This document shows positions 1-10,967 of a stretch of DNA of 41,184 nucleotides, in pieces. Numbering within the stretch: the stretch's first letter is position 1; each line of letters starts with the position of its first letter. The DNA comes from a virus (Duplodnaviria; Caudoviricetes). The position numbers and the translations under genes were made by a program. The notes below the pieces were generated by a model. That model was not told where the DNA came from. It saw nothing but the letters and a program-made list of their open reading frames with translations, and ran no database searches. The DNA is taken from the IMG/VR virus record IMGVR_UViG_3300032283_000962, positions 1 through 41,184 of that record. One strand, written 5' to 3'.

Positions 1-2028
1 GAACGGAAAATCAACTGCAATAACAGTTGTATTGACATTATTAATTACTCTTCGAATATTACTGGTAGTATTTGCACCCACTCTAATATATTCGCCATTT
101 GCATAACCATTGGCAGCACTATTTAATTGAGTATTGGATCCATAAACAAGTTGGTTGTCGCAATACATTACAGCTGTTGCTGTTTGTCCTTGAAGTATAT
201 GCCCTGTTTGATTAGCACCTTTTGTAAGTGTTATACGTGTTCCTGTAATTGTTGGTTTAAGGGCTATCACCGTCGAATTTGCAAATTCAATATAATATGA
301 AGAACCAGATGAAAGACCACCAATTGCTACATTGCCCGTATTTGTTGTATATGTAATTAGATCATTAATAACAAATGCATTTGAGACAGATGTTACATTT
401 GCAACCAAATAAGTTACAGTTGAATTACCTGCTGCAGTACCACCGGTTGCATTAGTAATAGCTATATTTGATACGGGAATAGTTCCTACCAAATTGAAAC
501 CTGAACCAGCGTTTGTAATTGTAAACGCTATATTGCCGCCCGTTGAGTTTGTCGTAAAAGTGACGGTGGCATTAGTTGTTACTGATTTAACTGTTATGAT
601 ATCGTTATTGTTATACCCAAGAGCCGTTCCGCCGGACAAAGAAATATTATCCAAGCGAGTAAGATTAATAATATTATTTGAACCACTACCTGTTCCGCCA
701 GTTACCGCAGTATCTGCATTAAATGTTTGAGCAGTTGGAGCAGAAATAGTTAATGATGGTTGATCAAAATAACCGAAACCCACATTACTTATATTAATTG
801 ATGTAATTTTACCCGTGGAATTAGCTTGTGCATTTGCGACAGCACCGACACCCGTAGGACCATTGTTGGAAATGGTTACAGTAGCATTCGCTGTATAACC
901 AGAGCCATTAGAAGTAATAATAGCCAAATTGCAAGCGCCCACATTACCGACTGATACGGTACCAGTTTTCAATGTACCTGATTGAGTTGTATCAACAATA
1001 GGATAATTGTTAGAAAATTTTGTTTGATTATTATAATATTTTGTAACTTGAATTACACTTGAATTTGATGCAACAATGGTGCCTGTTATACCAGTATCAG
1101 ATTGTGCTACGGGCGCATTTACATTAAAATAACCTTGTGGATAAAGATAACTAATAATATCATATGATTGAGTTGCAAGATAACCAGGTATAATAGTACC
1201 AACAACATTAGCAAGATCAAGACGTGTATGTAAAGTAAATGGATTAGTTACAAATATTTGTTTTGATACACCATTGGATGAGGAAATTTCACGTACTTGC
1301 CCAGCACCAAAACCAGATTTTAAATATATCGATGAATTTACATAATAGTTATCAACACCTGAGGTATTTGCAGATAATTGAACGGTATATGGATTTACCA
1401 TACCACTGATATAACCACTTTCATAAACGTAATAACTGTTCCCGCCATCTGTAATCTTAATTACATCAATTGACCCCGGAATTGTATTACCTTGAACAGC
1501 TGTATTTGTTACAACTGGTATATAGCCCGATGTTGTAAATTTTGTATTTGATGTTGAGTCGATTGTATACATATATTTCCAGACGTAACCATCGCCTGTT
1601 TTAAATGTGCCACTTGATGTTGTAAGAGTGGGCTTAACATAAGAATTTGCACGATTATTATTGTCAATGCATTTGTATACTTCGTATTTATCAGTTACAA
1701 CAAAAAATTGCTTGCTATACAGATTAGCATCGTTTTGGTCATAAACATCATAAATTGTGTCTATTGTCCAATTATAACGTGGGGCAAGATGGTTTACATC
1801 TTCATCTTTTAAAAGCTTGCCATAAAGAAGATCACGATATATCGACTGCTCGACTTGAGCCACCGAATTATTGGCCGCTAATATTGATGCATCATCATTA
1901 TTACCTTCACTATTTGTCCAAGGTTGTGATGCCGATGCAAACATGTAATAACCATTTCTATTATTACGAATATCTGTAATAAAGCTATTTGCTTCATTAA
2001 TATAGTGATTAATTGTGAGTATTGCCAT
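1..2028 (-). CDS. gp8: Baseplate wedge subunit gp8-like, extended; runs off the window's left edge
   Basis: Not in the ORF track because it is truncated. ATG at 2028 reads MAILTINHYINEANSFITDIRNNRNGYYMF...; contains VYKCIDNN and GDGYVWKYMYTI motifs typical of gp8; follows gp6/gp7. Confidence 0.85.
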   Translation of the reverse strand, partial: MAILTINHYINEANSFITDIRNNRNGYYMFASASQPWTNSEGNNDDASILAANNSVAQVEQSIYRDLLYGKLLKDEDVNHLAPRYNWTIDTIYDVYDQNDANLYSKQFFVVTDKYEVYKCIDNNNRANSYVKPTLTTSSGTFKTGDGYVWKYMYTIDSTSNTKFTTSGYIPVVTNTAVQGNTIPGSIDVIKITDGGNSYYVYESGYISGMVNPYTVQLSANTSGVDNYYVNSSIYLKSGFGAGQVREISSSNGVSKQIFVTNPFTLHTRLDLANVVGTIIPGYLATQSYDIISYLYPQGYFNVNAPVAQSDTGITGTIVASNSSVIQVTKYYNNQTKFSNNYPIVDTTQSGTLKTGTVSVGNVGACNLAIITSNGSGYTANATVTISNNGPTGVGAVANAQANSTGKITSINISNVGFGYFDQPSLTISAPTAQTFNADTAVTGGTGSGSNNIINLTRLDNISLSGGTALGYNNNDIITVKSVTTNATVTFTTNSTGGNIAFTITNAGSGFNLVGTIPVSNIAITNATGGTAAGNSTVTYLVANVTSVSNAFVINDLITYTTNTGNVAIGGLSSGSSYYIEFANSTVIALKPTITGTRITLTKGANQTGHILQGQTATAVMYCDNQLVYGSNTQLNSAANGYANGEYIRVGANTTSNIRRVINNVNTTVIAVDFPF

Positions 2029-2053
2029 TATTTCAACCGAACTGCCTTTTAGT

Positions 2054-2061
2054 TATTTATG
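2054..2061 (-). promoter_or_regulatory. T4-type late promoter variant CATAAATA upstream of gp8
   Basis: Plus-strand tatttatg about 25 nt upstream of the gp8 start; one mismatch to TATAAATA. Confidence 0.45.
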
Positions 2062-3838
2062 ACTGGGTTTTTAAGAAAACTATTGGTTCTGATTGTTCTG
2101 ATACTAGTTCACTTTTTAGTCTAAAACGCCCAAAAAGGGCAATACCAGACGGATGAATTAAATCTTTTACCAATTTTTCATATACACCAAGCATTCTGTT
2201 AACAAGTATCTCATATGAAAAATTTTGGTAATAATAACTATCTTGTATCATCATAATATCACTTATAAAGCCTTTATTATTTTTCCAATAACCATCACCG
2301 ATACCATCTGTATCTACAACAGCTGATCCTGTAACAACGACTCCTTTATTAAACGTTGTTGATAGAAAAACTGTATCAGTTGGTGTAAATCCAAAACCTG
2401 AATTTATAACTTCAACAGCTGTTGCAACACCTTGTAAACTGCCGACCGAAGATGTTACTATTGCATTATTACCTTTAAATCCCCCGAATCCATCTGGTAT
2501 ACTTCGACCAAGAACATCGGGTTCAATTATACTGATATATGGACTTGATGAATATCCAATGCCTGGATTGATTTTTGATAAAAATGCAATTGTACCTACT
2601 TCAAGTGTTCTAATTGATAAAGTTTCAGCAATTGTAGAATTTAAATTAGCAGAAGGATTTTTAACAAATAAATTACCCCAGGATGCATTTAAATATAAAC
2701 CTATCGAAGGTAAAATTACATCCGTATCAATAGCCAGAATTTCTTTATTTACAATACCACCAACTTGGAATGATGCTCCCGCACCACCACCTCCTGTAAT
2801 ATTACTAATAGTGGCAGTTGCACCACTATTAGTGGTTATTGTATCACCCAAATAAAAATTTTTATCCGTACTGAAATTAATTAGTTGTAAAAAAGAACTA
2901 TTCGCAAATGAAATTTTTCCATTTGCCGATGTATTAGAACTGGTTACAATTTCATTAATATCAAAGGAACTGATGGGATTGGATATATTAACATTGAGAG
3001 TTGTGGCTACTGTTACAACAGCATTTATACTATAACCACTACCACCATTAACTAGAGTAAAATTAACCTTGCCATTTTCATCACGTACTGATGCAATTCT
3101 TGCTTTACCGGAAATACCAGTACCATAAACATCGACAATATCACCTTGGTTAAACCCACCGCCTCCATTTTCAATTGCTACGGCAGTCAATGAACCTAAA
3201 ATAACAGGCGCGTTGTCAAGTGTTATTTCAGGTACCGAATCAGAAAGAATTTTTTCGCCATATTTAAATCTACCATCAATTGATGACAAATAAAGCACAT
3301 GTAATAGTCGATCATTAATAATTTTTTGATTTACAGATTCAACAACAGCTGTTGCATTATTGCTACTACTATAAATCAGATTACCAATTAATTTTTCCAA
3401 GTAATCACTATCTGATACTTCAATATATCTCGGAACAACCCATTCACCATCTGATGGTTTTAATAAGAAATTTCCTGGTATATAAATTTCAATTGGTTCA
3501 TTAAATAATATACGAAATAAAAGTTCATATGATCTAGGAGTACCTTTAGAACGATATAAATCAAGTACGTGTTTAACCAACAGTCTTTTATCAGCAAGAA
3601 TTGATTCTGGAAGAGAATTTAAGTAAGTATTTTTAAAATAAGTAAGAAATTGTGCTTCAGTTGTATCAATGTCATTATAATCAAGTAAAGATCTAGAGTG
3701 TTGTAAAGTTTGACCGGTTGACTCAAGCCATTCGTAATATGCTTTTACGAACGCAATAAAGTTCGGTCCTTCATCTTTATAAAATAAAGGAAATTGCTGA
3801 GGTATAAAAGATGATACAAATTTCTCTATTCTTGACAT
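2057..3838 (-). CDS. Baseplate wedge protein (gp7-like)
   Basis: N-terminal FIAFVKAYYEWLE...LYRSKGT..SYELLFRILF and C-terminal QDSYYYQNFSYEI...HPSG motifs of T4-like wedge initiators; lies between gp6 and gp8. Confidence 0.75.
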   Translation of the reverse strand: MSRIEKFVSSFIPQQFPLFYKDEGPNFIAFVKAYYEWLESTGQTLQHSRSLLDYNDIDTTEAQFLTYFKNTYLNSLPESILADKRLLVKHVLDLYRSKGTPRSYELLFRILFNEPIEIYIPGNFLLKPSDGEWVVPRYIEVSDSDYLEKLIGNLIYSSSNNATAVVESVNQKIINDRLLHVLYLSSIDGRFKYGEKILSDSVPEITLDNAPVILGSLTAVAIENGGGGFNQGDIVDVYGTGISGKARIASVRDENGKVNFTLVNGGSGYSINAVVTVATTLNVNISNPISSFDINEIVTSSNTSANGKISFANSSFLQLINFSTDKNFYLGDTITTNSGATATISNITGGGGAGASFQVGGIVNKEILAIDTDVILPSIGLYLNASWGNLFVKNPSANLNSTIAETLSIRTLEVGTIAFLSKINPGIGYSSSPYISIIEPDVLGRSIPDGFGGFKGNNAIVTSSVGSLQGVATAVEVINSGFGFTPTDTVFLSTTFNKGVVVTGSAVVDTDGIGDGYWKNNKGFISDIMMIQDSYYYQNFSYEILVNRMLGVYEKLVKDLIHPSGIALFGRFRLKSELVSEQSEPIVFLKTQS

Positions 3839-5655
3839 TAAATTGATGTTACCTCAATAGCCAAATTTTTTAAATCAATCTGTATTAAATCATTATTTTT
3901 TGTTTTAACATCTTGTTTACTTGGTGTTGCATAAAACTGTATTGATGAAGAATCCACAAAACCATTAATCGAAATTTTATTTAAACTAATTATACCAAAC
4001 TGATAATCTATAACTCCAGCAATTGAATATATTTCATAACCGGGGTTCGATACATCTTTCAAATATACATTTTTAGATGAATTTTTTACTGTAATACGAC
4101 CACCAGAAACCTGTGTTACAACTATTGTGTTGTTTAAAGGATTGAAGTCCGTATATTGATATTTTTTTCCACCACTTAAGAAAACCGTTGATGAAAAAGA
4201 ACCGGCAATAATCTCATTACGAAAATTGATATCAATATATGTATCTGTATTGAGCTGAGGATTTACATCTTTTCGTAGAGTAATATTTGTTTCATTGCTG
4301 CTAATACTTTTATCAGAATCATTAATTGCAGCTTCTAATCTTGACAATTTAAATTCAATATCAAATTTTGTTAAATTATTTAAATTATAATTGGAAATTG
4401 CACTAGTTACAATATTCTTTATATCCGATGGTGAATTGACGGTGGAATTTGGATCGTATTTCACGGATGATGTTACAAGCAAATACAAATAATCGGGATC
4501 AATCATTTTTGGCAATATGCCCATAGTACATTTTTCTGAAAGGAATACTTGAATATCTTGTTTTTCATAATCAGAAAGAGGGGCGCCAGAATATGTAACT
4601 CCGGAAATATAAACTTTGCCGTAGTCAACTTTATCGGCAATTGTCTCACCGCCATAAACATTTACGGCTTTAACATCTCTATAATTCATTAATACAAGAT
4701 TTTTAAAATCATTAGTTGTAACTGCTCTATCTTGTGTCTGATAGTGTCTAGGAGCATTAAAACGAATTGACTCAATATCTTCTGCCGTAAATCCACCGGA
4801 GGCCGCCGAAACTACACCAATTGTTGATGTTATCGAACCAATGCCATTAATTGGCCCTAAATTATCATCTAGGGTAAAATTAGTTGAACCATCGGAAGCA
4901 CCGCCAGAACTAATTCTATAGTTTGAATATATTACGGAACCATTCAATGGATAATTGCCGAAAATTCCATCACCAAATACTAATTCATATTTGGTATCTT
5001 CTGTGGCTTGAACAAAATATACATTAGATGTCGGAGTTAAACCATATAAATTTGTAGCGGCTGTATAAAGAGTATTGGTTTGACCACTATCCTGTGAAAC
5101 GATAACAGTGAGACTATCAGTATCAATATTATCATTACTCATAATAAAACGTTGAGCCTCTACTGAAGTATCAACGACAAATGCATCAGTAGTGTAGGTA
5201 CCATCATATATGTCAACATTAGATGTAAATTTACCACCGGATGGATAAAGAATATAAGACTGATCTGTGGTAAAAGTAAATGTCCCGTTACCACTTTTCC
5301 CGGTAAATCTAGTACCAAATGGAATTTGAAATATTGATAAGTTTGATTGTGGAAATGAAATATTTACTGATGCTTTGGAAGATTTAGCGGATCGTGGGAC
5401 ATAGTTTAATTCTTTTGATTTACTAATAACACTATTTCTCAATTGTGCAGAATCAAGAAACATTTCCGAGACTGCCATATTCATATAAAAAGCATTCAGA
5501 TGTGTATTATAAGTCAAAATGTCAAGTAATACTGACATGTTTGAACCGTCAAAATCATAATCGGCAAATTGCGATTGATCTTTTAGATAGGTCTTTAAAT
5601 TGGATTTTAATGTATCAAAGTCTAGATTTACAAGACTGATTGAATTATTTGCCAT
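3838..5655 (-). CDS. gp6: Baseplate wedge subunit gp6
   Basis: LDFDTLKSNLKTYL..F.DYDFDGS.MSVLLDILTYNTH and ESIRFNAPR.YQTQDRAVT..D motifs; about 600 aa. Confidence 0.93.
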   Translation of the reverse strand: MANNSISLVNLDFDTLKSNLKTYLKDQSQFADYDFDGSNMSVLLDILTYNTHLNAFYMNMAVSEMFLDSAQLRNSVISKSKELNYVPRSAKSSKASVNISFPQSNLSIFQIPFGTRFTGKSGNGTFTFTTDQSYILYPSGGKFTSNVDIYDGTYTTDAFVVDTSVEAQRFIMSNDNIDTDSLTVIVSQDSGQTNTLYTAATNLYGLTPTSNVYFVQATEDTKYELVFGDGIFGNYPLNGSVIYSNYRISSGGASDGSTNFTLDDNLGPINGIGSITSTIGVVSAASGGFTAEDIESIRFNAPRHYQTQDRAVTTNDFKNLVLMNYRDVKAVNVYGGETIADKVDYGKVYISGVTYSGAPLSDYEKQDIQVFLSEKCTMGILPKMIDPDYLYLLVTSSVKYDPNSTVNSPSDIKNIVTSAISNYNLNNLTKFDIEFKLSRLEAAINDSDKSISSNETNITLRKDVNPQLNTDTYIDINFRNEIIAGSFSSTVFLSGGKKYQYTDFNPLNNTIVVTQVSGGRITVKNSSKNVYLKDVSNPGYEIYSIAGVIDYQFGIISLNKISINGFVDSSSIQFYATPSKQDVKTKNNDLIQIDLKNLAIEVTSI

Positions 5656-5657
5656 TC

Positions 5658-6080
5658 TTAACGTACTCGTCTAAGGATCAGATTTAAGCTTTGTGGTGTA
5701 ATGCTATTTATTATAGAAAAAATAAGATTCACTGCTAAACGATCTTCTTCCGGATAATTATAAATTTGTACCGAAAGTAAATTCACCCTTGGTTCATGAA
5801 ATCGTATCGAATTTGTTATAGCATTCCTCAAATTTTCTTCAAGAATAACATCATTTGGTTCAAATAAAGAATTATTAACATCAGATCCAAAATTTGGATT
5901 AAATCTTCTTTCGCCTAGATTAGTTAGAAGTAAATTTCTTAATGCTTGTTTTATTGACTGTTCATTTTTTACACGAACAATATCTTTTGTGATTGGATGC
6001 GGTGTAAGATCATCAAGGAAATCCGAAAACAGATCCGGTATTAACTTTGTTTGAGTAAAATTATCGGCTCTTGTTGTCAT
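5658..6080 (-). CDS. gp25: Baseplate wedge subunit gp25
   Basis: SIKQALRNLLLTNLGERRFNPNFGS...EPRV motif. Confidence 0.93.
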   Translation of the reverse strand: MTTRADNFTQTKLIPDLFSDFLDDLTPHPITKDIVRVKNEQSIKQALRNLLLTNLGERRFNPNFGSDVNNSLFEPNDVILEENLRNAITNSIRFHEPRVNLLSVQIYNYPEEDRLAVNLIFSIINSITPQSLNLILRRVR

Positions 6081-6086
6081 TTTTAA

Positions 6087-6347
6087 TTATCCTGCAGATA
6101 TATCTGTTAATGAAGAAGTTGCTACATGACCACAAGATGCAGAATCCCCAGATCTGACCACACCTTTTCCATTAACAAATACTTTACTTGATGCACCGAC
6201 CATAACAGCTCCATTATGTGGTCCTATACCATGAGGAGTCACTGTATCTCCTATCAAAGCTATTCTTCTGCCGTGAGCAAAAACATTTGTGGAGCTTCCA
6301 ATTATAGTGCCCCCTGCATTATCTCCGTCTACACATATACCAGCCAT
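6087..6347 (-). CDS. PAAR-domain spike tip protein (gp5.4-like)
   Basis: 86 aa with GS..VF..G...A..GD...H and VFVNGK.VVR.GD..SCGH; lies between gp5 and gp25. Confidence 0.88.
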   Translation of the reverse strand: MAGICVDGDNAGGTIIGSSTNVFAHGRRIALIGDTVTPHGIGPHNGAVMVGASSKVFVNGKGVVRSGDSASCGHVATSSLTDISAG

Positions 6348-6356
6348 GTATTATCC

Positions 6357-7172
6357 TTACGGGTTAAGATTAAGTGGATTACCGGCAATTGTTGTTTGTC
6401 CGGAAGATGTAGATGTTATTTGACTTGCCGAAGTAATATCAATATTACCACCGAATGTTTTAAGTTCAATTGCTTTTGCAAAAACACTCGTAAGTTCTGC
6501 AGAGGAAGATATTACTTGTCCCGAAGAAGTAATAGTTACATCACCTGCAATAGTTGTAAGTGTAATTGAATCCGCTTCAACTTCAAAATTCTTACACTTA
6601 AATCGTATATTACCTGTACTAATGATTTCAATATTACCACCGGAATTTACGGACCAATCATCATTCAATACTTCGGTTTTTACACCAGTGACACTAGTTG
6701 CAGAATCTCCACTAATGCTTTTATACTCTGAACCTTTAATTGCGATAGTTTTATCAGCACCAATTGATTCATATTTATCACTAACTACAGTTTCGGATGA
6801 AGTACCACCAACACCGAGCACATAATCGCCGCCTGCAGCCATATATCTGTTGCCTTCAGTTTGTTCGCTAACAGAACCATCGACGTTGACATTCATTACG
6901 CCTTTTACTTTTAAATCATAATGACCATCAACAGTTGTTGAAAATCCATCACACATATAATAATATGCTTTACCAACTGAATTGACTACTGTTCTCCCGG
7001 CTTTATCAATTTCTACATAAGATCCTTTGGTGTGAGCAACTCTCAGACTTTCTTTTTCTGGTGTATCATTAATATGAATCTCATGTCCACTACGTGTAAT
7101 AGTTGATTGATTGTATGGATACGTAGCTTCAAAAGTTGATTCTGGGTGTCGTCTGTTATTCGAGTCTGACAT
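6357..7172 (-). CDS. gp5: Central spike gp5 C-terminal beta-helix part
   Basis: YPYN...TRSGH.I.I.DTP..E.L...H..GSY.EI motif followed by V.G-type beta-helix repeats. Confidence 0.85.
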   Translation of the reverse strand: MSDSNNRRHPESTFEATYPYNQSTITRSGHEIHINDTPEKESLRVAHTKGSYVEIDKAGRTVVNSVGKAYYYMCDGFSTTVDGHYDLKVKGVMNVNVDGSVSEQTEGNRYMAAGGDYVLGVGGTSSETVVSDKYESIGADKTIAIKGSEYKSISGDSATSVTGVKTEVLNDDWSVNSGGNIEIISTGNIRFKCKNFEVEADSITLTTIAGDVTITSSGQVISSSAELTSVFAKAIELKTFGGNIDITSASQITSTSSGQTTIAGNPLNLNP

Positions 7173-7181
7173 AATATATCC

Positions 7182-8819
7182 TTAAGTTCTATTTAAACCT
7201 GCTCGCATACTTTGAGCTTGTCTAGCTAGTAACGCTTGTGCCTGCATAAGATTATTTACAGATTGTGTGGCACTGCTTCCGGTGTATCTGGCTTCCGCAA
7301 CGGTAGGTTGAAATGCTGAATTAATTGTAGATACAACAGTCGGAATAAGAGCAGCGACAACACCGGCCATTTGAGCACCGCCAGCACTTGCTCCTAGAAC
7401 CTTTGATAAACCAAATGCTTGAGTAAAATTAAGACTACCTGATACCGCCTTTGATAATGTATCAAAGGAAAGTGGATTACCACTTAGTAATGCATTACCA
7501 ATTGTCGATGTAAAATGATTTTGTGCCGCAAAAGAAGTGTGTTCTTGAGCATTAGCATAATTTGGTTCACCGTTTCTTGTCGTATAAACTTTTGCACCTG
7601 ATCCCGATGGATCTTTCCATTCAATATATCCTGGATATGGATCATTTGCAACCGTATAATATTGTTGAATATATCCTAATGGAGGTGTTTGTGTAATACT
7701 AGATGTGGCCGGTCTTGGGGACGTAGCAGTAGTTACTGATATCGCAGGTAATTTTGGTACTGAATTAATTAAAGAATTTATTGCAGAATTAGTAGCACCA
7801 CTAATTGCAGAACCAGCGGCAGTTACAGCTCCAGTAGTTAAATTAACTACATTATTAATACCGCCTGTTATTGCACCAACAGCAGAATTAAGTCCGCCAA
7901 TTACAGAAGCCATGGCATAATTTGCTGTATCAAATATACCTTGATTTATGAGATTCACCCCGCATACTTTAACATTTAAAGTATTCATAAGTTTTTGTAC
8001 TTCTTGCACTTTTGAAACAGCACCATTCAATAATCCAATTATTTTAAATAAACCAACTTTTTGAGCTAGTTTCAAAATTGCATTTTTAATTGCACTGACA
8101 GCAGTATTGATAATTCCAGAAATAACACCTTGAACAGTATTACCAAGAAATTTAAGTATTGAACTAATTGAGATAAGATTATTATTTAAACATGGAAGTG
8201 AAGATAATGCGCCAACAGGATCAACTGCATTAACAATATCCAAAACGTTCATATTACTATTTTTATTATATGAAGCAACTGTAGGTAATCTAGGATTAGC
8301 CATTGATGTTTCAACAAGACTAGTAAGAACACCGCCTGTATTACTACTTACAGAAGTGACGTTTGCACTACCTGAATCAATATCTGAAATTGAAACTCTA
8401 CTATCATTTAATGTAGAATATGGATTATTTGGATTACCGTTAGATGATTGAGGTATACTACCTAAGCTTGTATCAATTGCAGGTGATCCATTTAACATTT
8501 CACCACTTATTGGATCACCGGCTTTGCCCATACTACCAATTACCAATGGATATTGAAGATCACTACTATCTGCCCAAAAGCCTACAACACGAGAACCAAC
8601 CACAAGACCAACAGGCGCTGATCCTATTCTACCGATAGCTGCAGATGTTGGTGATTGTGTTACTTGTGCCCACGGTAAAGCAGAATCAGGTATATTGGTT
8701 CTATCATCGTGATGACCATATACTCTAATTTTAACTCTTCCGGATTGGTGAGGATCATTTACATCAACAACTTCGCCAATCCAATATATCATATTTTGAC
8801 CAAGATTTCTCTGAACCAT
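7182..8819 (-). CDS. gp5: Central spike gp5 N-terminal OB-fold part with a long Gly/Ala/Ser-rich extension
   Basis: WIGEVVDVNDP..GRVKIRVYG.H....LPWA...G..VVGFWAD....P.VIGS motif; no T4-lysozyme domain recognised. Confidence 0.82.
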   Translation of the reverse strand: MVQRNLGQNMIYWIGEVVDVNDPHQSGRVKIRVYGHHDDRTNIPDSALPWAQVTQSPTSAAIGRIGSAPVGLVVGSRVVGFWADSSDLQYPLVIGSMGKAGDPISGEMLNGSPAIDTSLGSIPQSSNGNPNNPYSTLNDSRVSISDIDSGSANVTSVSSNTGGVLTSLVETSMANPRLPTVASYNKNSNMNVLDIVNAVDPVGALSSLPCLNNNLISISSILKFLGNTVQGVISGIINTAVSAIKNAILKLAQKVGLFKIIGLLNGAVSKVQEVQKLMNTLNVKVCGVNLINQGIFDTANYAMASVIGGLNSAVGAITGGINNVVNLTTGAVTAAGSAISGATNSAINSLINSVPKLPAISVTTATSPRPATSSITQTPPLGYIQQYYTVANDPYPGYIEWKDPSGSGAKVYTTRNGEPNYANAQEHTSFAAQNHFTSTIGNALLSGNPLSFDTLSKAVSGSLNFTQAFGLSKVLGASAGGAQMAGVVAALIPTVVSTINSAFQPTVAEARYTGSSATQSVNNLMQAQALLARQAQSMRAGLNRT

Positions 8820-8822
8820 GAT

Positions 8823-10064
8823 TTAACCCTCTCTATAACGACCTTTTAGACATTCCACTATACAAGTATATCTAGGTTTTTCAGCAACAAGACCTATTTT
8901 ATGATGTATTCTAGAGATAAGAAATTTACCGGATAGCATTGAATCTTCTCTAACATTGCCGGTAGTAGCAGAATTATTTGGAAATGCACAATTAATAGTA
9001 ACTCCAGGAGCTAAAATAAAATCGCCGGGCACTCTTATCTTTACTGCATTTTGTAATAGCAACGCTATATATGCTTGTAAACCTGGTGTTCCTTCGGGAA
9101 TATAAGTTACAGGTCTTTGTGAATTATCAACCGGGATAAATGCTTGTGGTGGTATTCTTGGATTCAAATATCTATTTCTAAATTCACTTGAAACACTAGT
9201 ACCACCACCATTTCCACCATCCTTAAAAGCTGTATCACTTACTCGTTCATCATTAATATTATATTCCCATGTAGTAAAATTAAATGTTGTTACTCTTGTG
9301 GGCCCACCATAACTTATACGATCAAGAGCAGATAATGCGGTAGGTGCTTGATATGACAAAATATTTCTATCTTGATCCGGACTTAATACATTAATATTTA
9401 TAGCACTTGATTGTGTGAAATTTTTAACTGGTTCTGTAGCAAATAAATTTTCAATAGTAACGAATTTAAATATTTGTTCACTATTTTGTCTGGTTTCAAA
9501 AAATACATAAGATGATGACTGATTTTCAACTGATACTGATCTAGATTTCACCAGATTAATAGCTCTATATGGGCTAAAATTACTAACAGGCAATATTTGT
9601 GTGCCTCTTGTTTGTTCTGTAATTATTTGTTTTTCAGAATGAAGATAAGTTTTTGTGATGTCTTCAATTATTTCCGAATTAAGAACATTTTCATAACCTT
9701 TTTGTACATATTCATTTTGAGCATACATTGCTTCGATACTGACACATTTCAGTACATATGTTTTTGCTCTTTGATTTGCCAATTGTTGGCCCTCACCGCG
9801 TTCATAAAGGGCAAACTTATAATTTGCTCTTTCATCGCTCGGGCTTAACATGTTAAATTCAATTAATTCATCACCAAGTAAACGCAAATTGCCTACAATA
9901 TCTTGCGAATCAAGAACAGTTATATCACAAACTATTCCTGGCGTAAAAATACTTTCATAAATTGATGCGGATAAAAATGATGTTGTGAGTGTTAAAGATC
10001 CACGAGGAGAAGATAAAACTAATTTCTCTACTCTTACATCACCAATCGAAATATTATTTCCCAT
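8823..10064 (-). CDS. Baseplate hub / tail protein (gp27-like)
   Basis: IYESIF..., YVFFET...FKFVTIENL and LSGKFLISRIHH motifs; lies between gp53 and gp5. Confidence 0.65.
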   Translation of the reverse strand: MGNNISIGDVRVEKLVLSSPRGSLTLTTSFLSASIYESIFTPGIVCDITVLDSQDIVGNLRLLGDELIEFNMLSPSDERANYKFALYERGEGQQLANQRAKTYVLKCVSIEAMYAQNEYVQKGYENVLNSEIIEDITKTYLHSEKQIITEQTRGTQILPVSNFSPYRAINLVKSRSVSVENQSSSYVFFETRQNSEQIFKFVTIENLFATEPVKNFTQSSAININVLSPDQDRNILSYQAPTALSALDRISYGGPTRVTTFNFTTWEYNINDERVSDTAFKDGGNGGGTSVSSEFRNRYLNPRIPPQAFIPVDNSQRPVTYIPEGTPGLQAYIALLLQNAVKIRVPGDFILAPGVTINCAFPNNSATTGNVREDSMLSGKFLISRIHHKIGLVAEKPRYTCIVECLKGRYREG

Positions 10065-10967
10065 TTATCTTAACAAAGTCCTTAGTTCACTTGCAATTTG
10101 GCCTGAATATTGTTTCTTTAAAACTTGAATTGATTTATTTTTCTCATTAATTTCCGCTTCATAATCATAATAATAAACTGGACTCCAATATGGGGATTCA
10201 TTTGCTGGAATATTATTTGTTATAAGAGTTGCATTGGTGTAAAGAATTTTTTCTTTACTTTCTCTGCCCATAACATAATGTGTAGCACCATTTTCAGTTA
10301 CATTACCGAATGTGTGGTGAATTATAAGTGGTGAAATTGATGTTTGACCATTCGTTGCTATATATTGAAAACTTCTTCCGCAAACCTGTCCATTTCCTAT
10401 AATTGTATTTCCATTGTATACATCAACTATTTCATCAGTCACAAATGCTGGTTCATCAACAGTATATTGCACAATCGCATTTGTTGTAAGTTTCCAGTCA
10501 ATTTGTTTTCGTCTATATGCAAGAGGTATGATAGAAAAAAGAACATCTGCATAAATTGGTTCATAAAATCGTTTAACGGTTGGGTATAAATTATCAAAGG
10601 CAGATACGGAAATTGTACCTTCATTTGCATACCAATTATTTCTATAATATTTTATCTTTGAAGTAGCGTTTTCCAAACTACCATATTTTTTAATAATGAA
10701 ATTATCAAAAGTTGCTTGGTCAAGATACCAATCATAATACGGATCAACAACTTTATTTGTTATATGAAGAACCCAACTCATATATTCATCTTGATAATAA
10801 CGATCTGCTATTTCATCAGGATGTTCGCCTTGTTGAATATCGTATGGATAGTAAAAAACTGGACTATTATAAACTGAGTTTAAAACAGTTGCACGTTCGG
10901 TGATATTACGAATCGGTATACCGTTATATGTAATAATAGGAAATTTTTCAAAATATTTTTCAGCCAT
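10065..10967 (-). CDS. gp53: Baseplate wedge protein gp53
   Basis: YFEKFP.I.Y, Y.IQ.GE.PDEIA..YY....WV....N...DPYYDW and YDYE..INE.NK.I.VLK motifs. Confidence 0.88.
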   Translation of the reverse strand: MAEKYFEKFPIITYNGIPIRNITERATVLNSVYNSPVFYYPYDIQQGEHPDEIADRYYQDEYMSWVLHITNKVVDPYYDWYLDQATFDNFIIKKYGSLENATSKIKYYRNNWYANEGTISVSAFDNLYPTVKRFYEPIYADVLFSIIPLAYRRKQIDWKLTTNAIVQYTVDEPAFVTDEIVDVYNGNTIIGNGQVCGRSFQYIATNGQTSISPLIIHHTFGNVTENGATHYVMGRESKEKILYTNATLITNNIPANESPYWSPVYYYDYEAEINEKNKSIQVLKKQYSGQIASELRTLLR

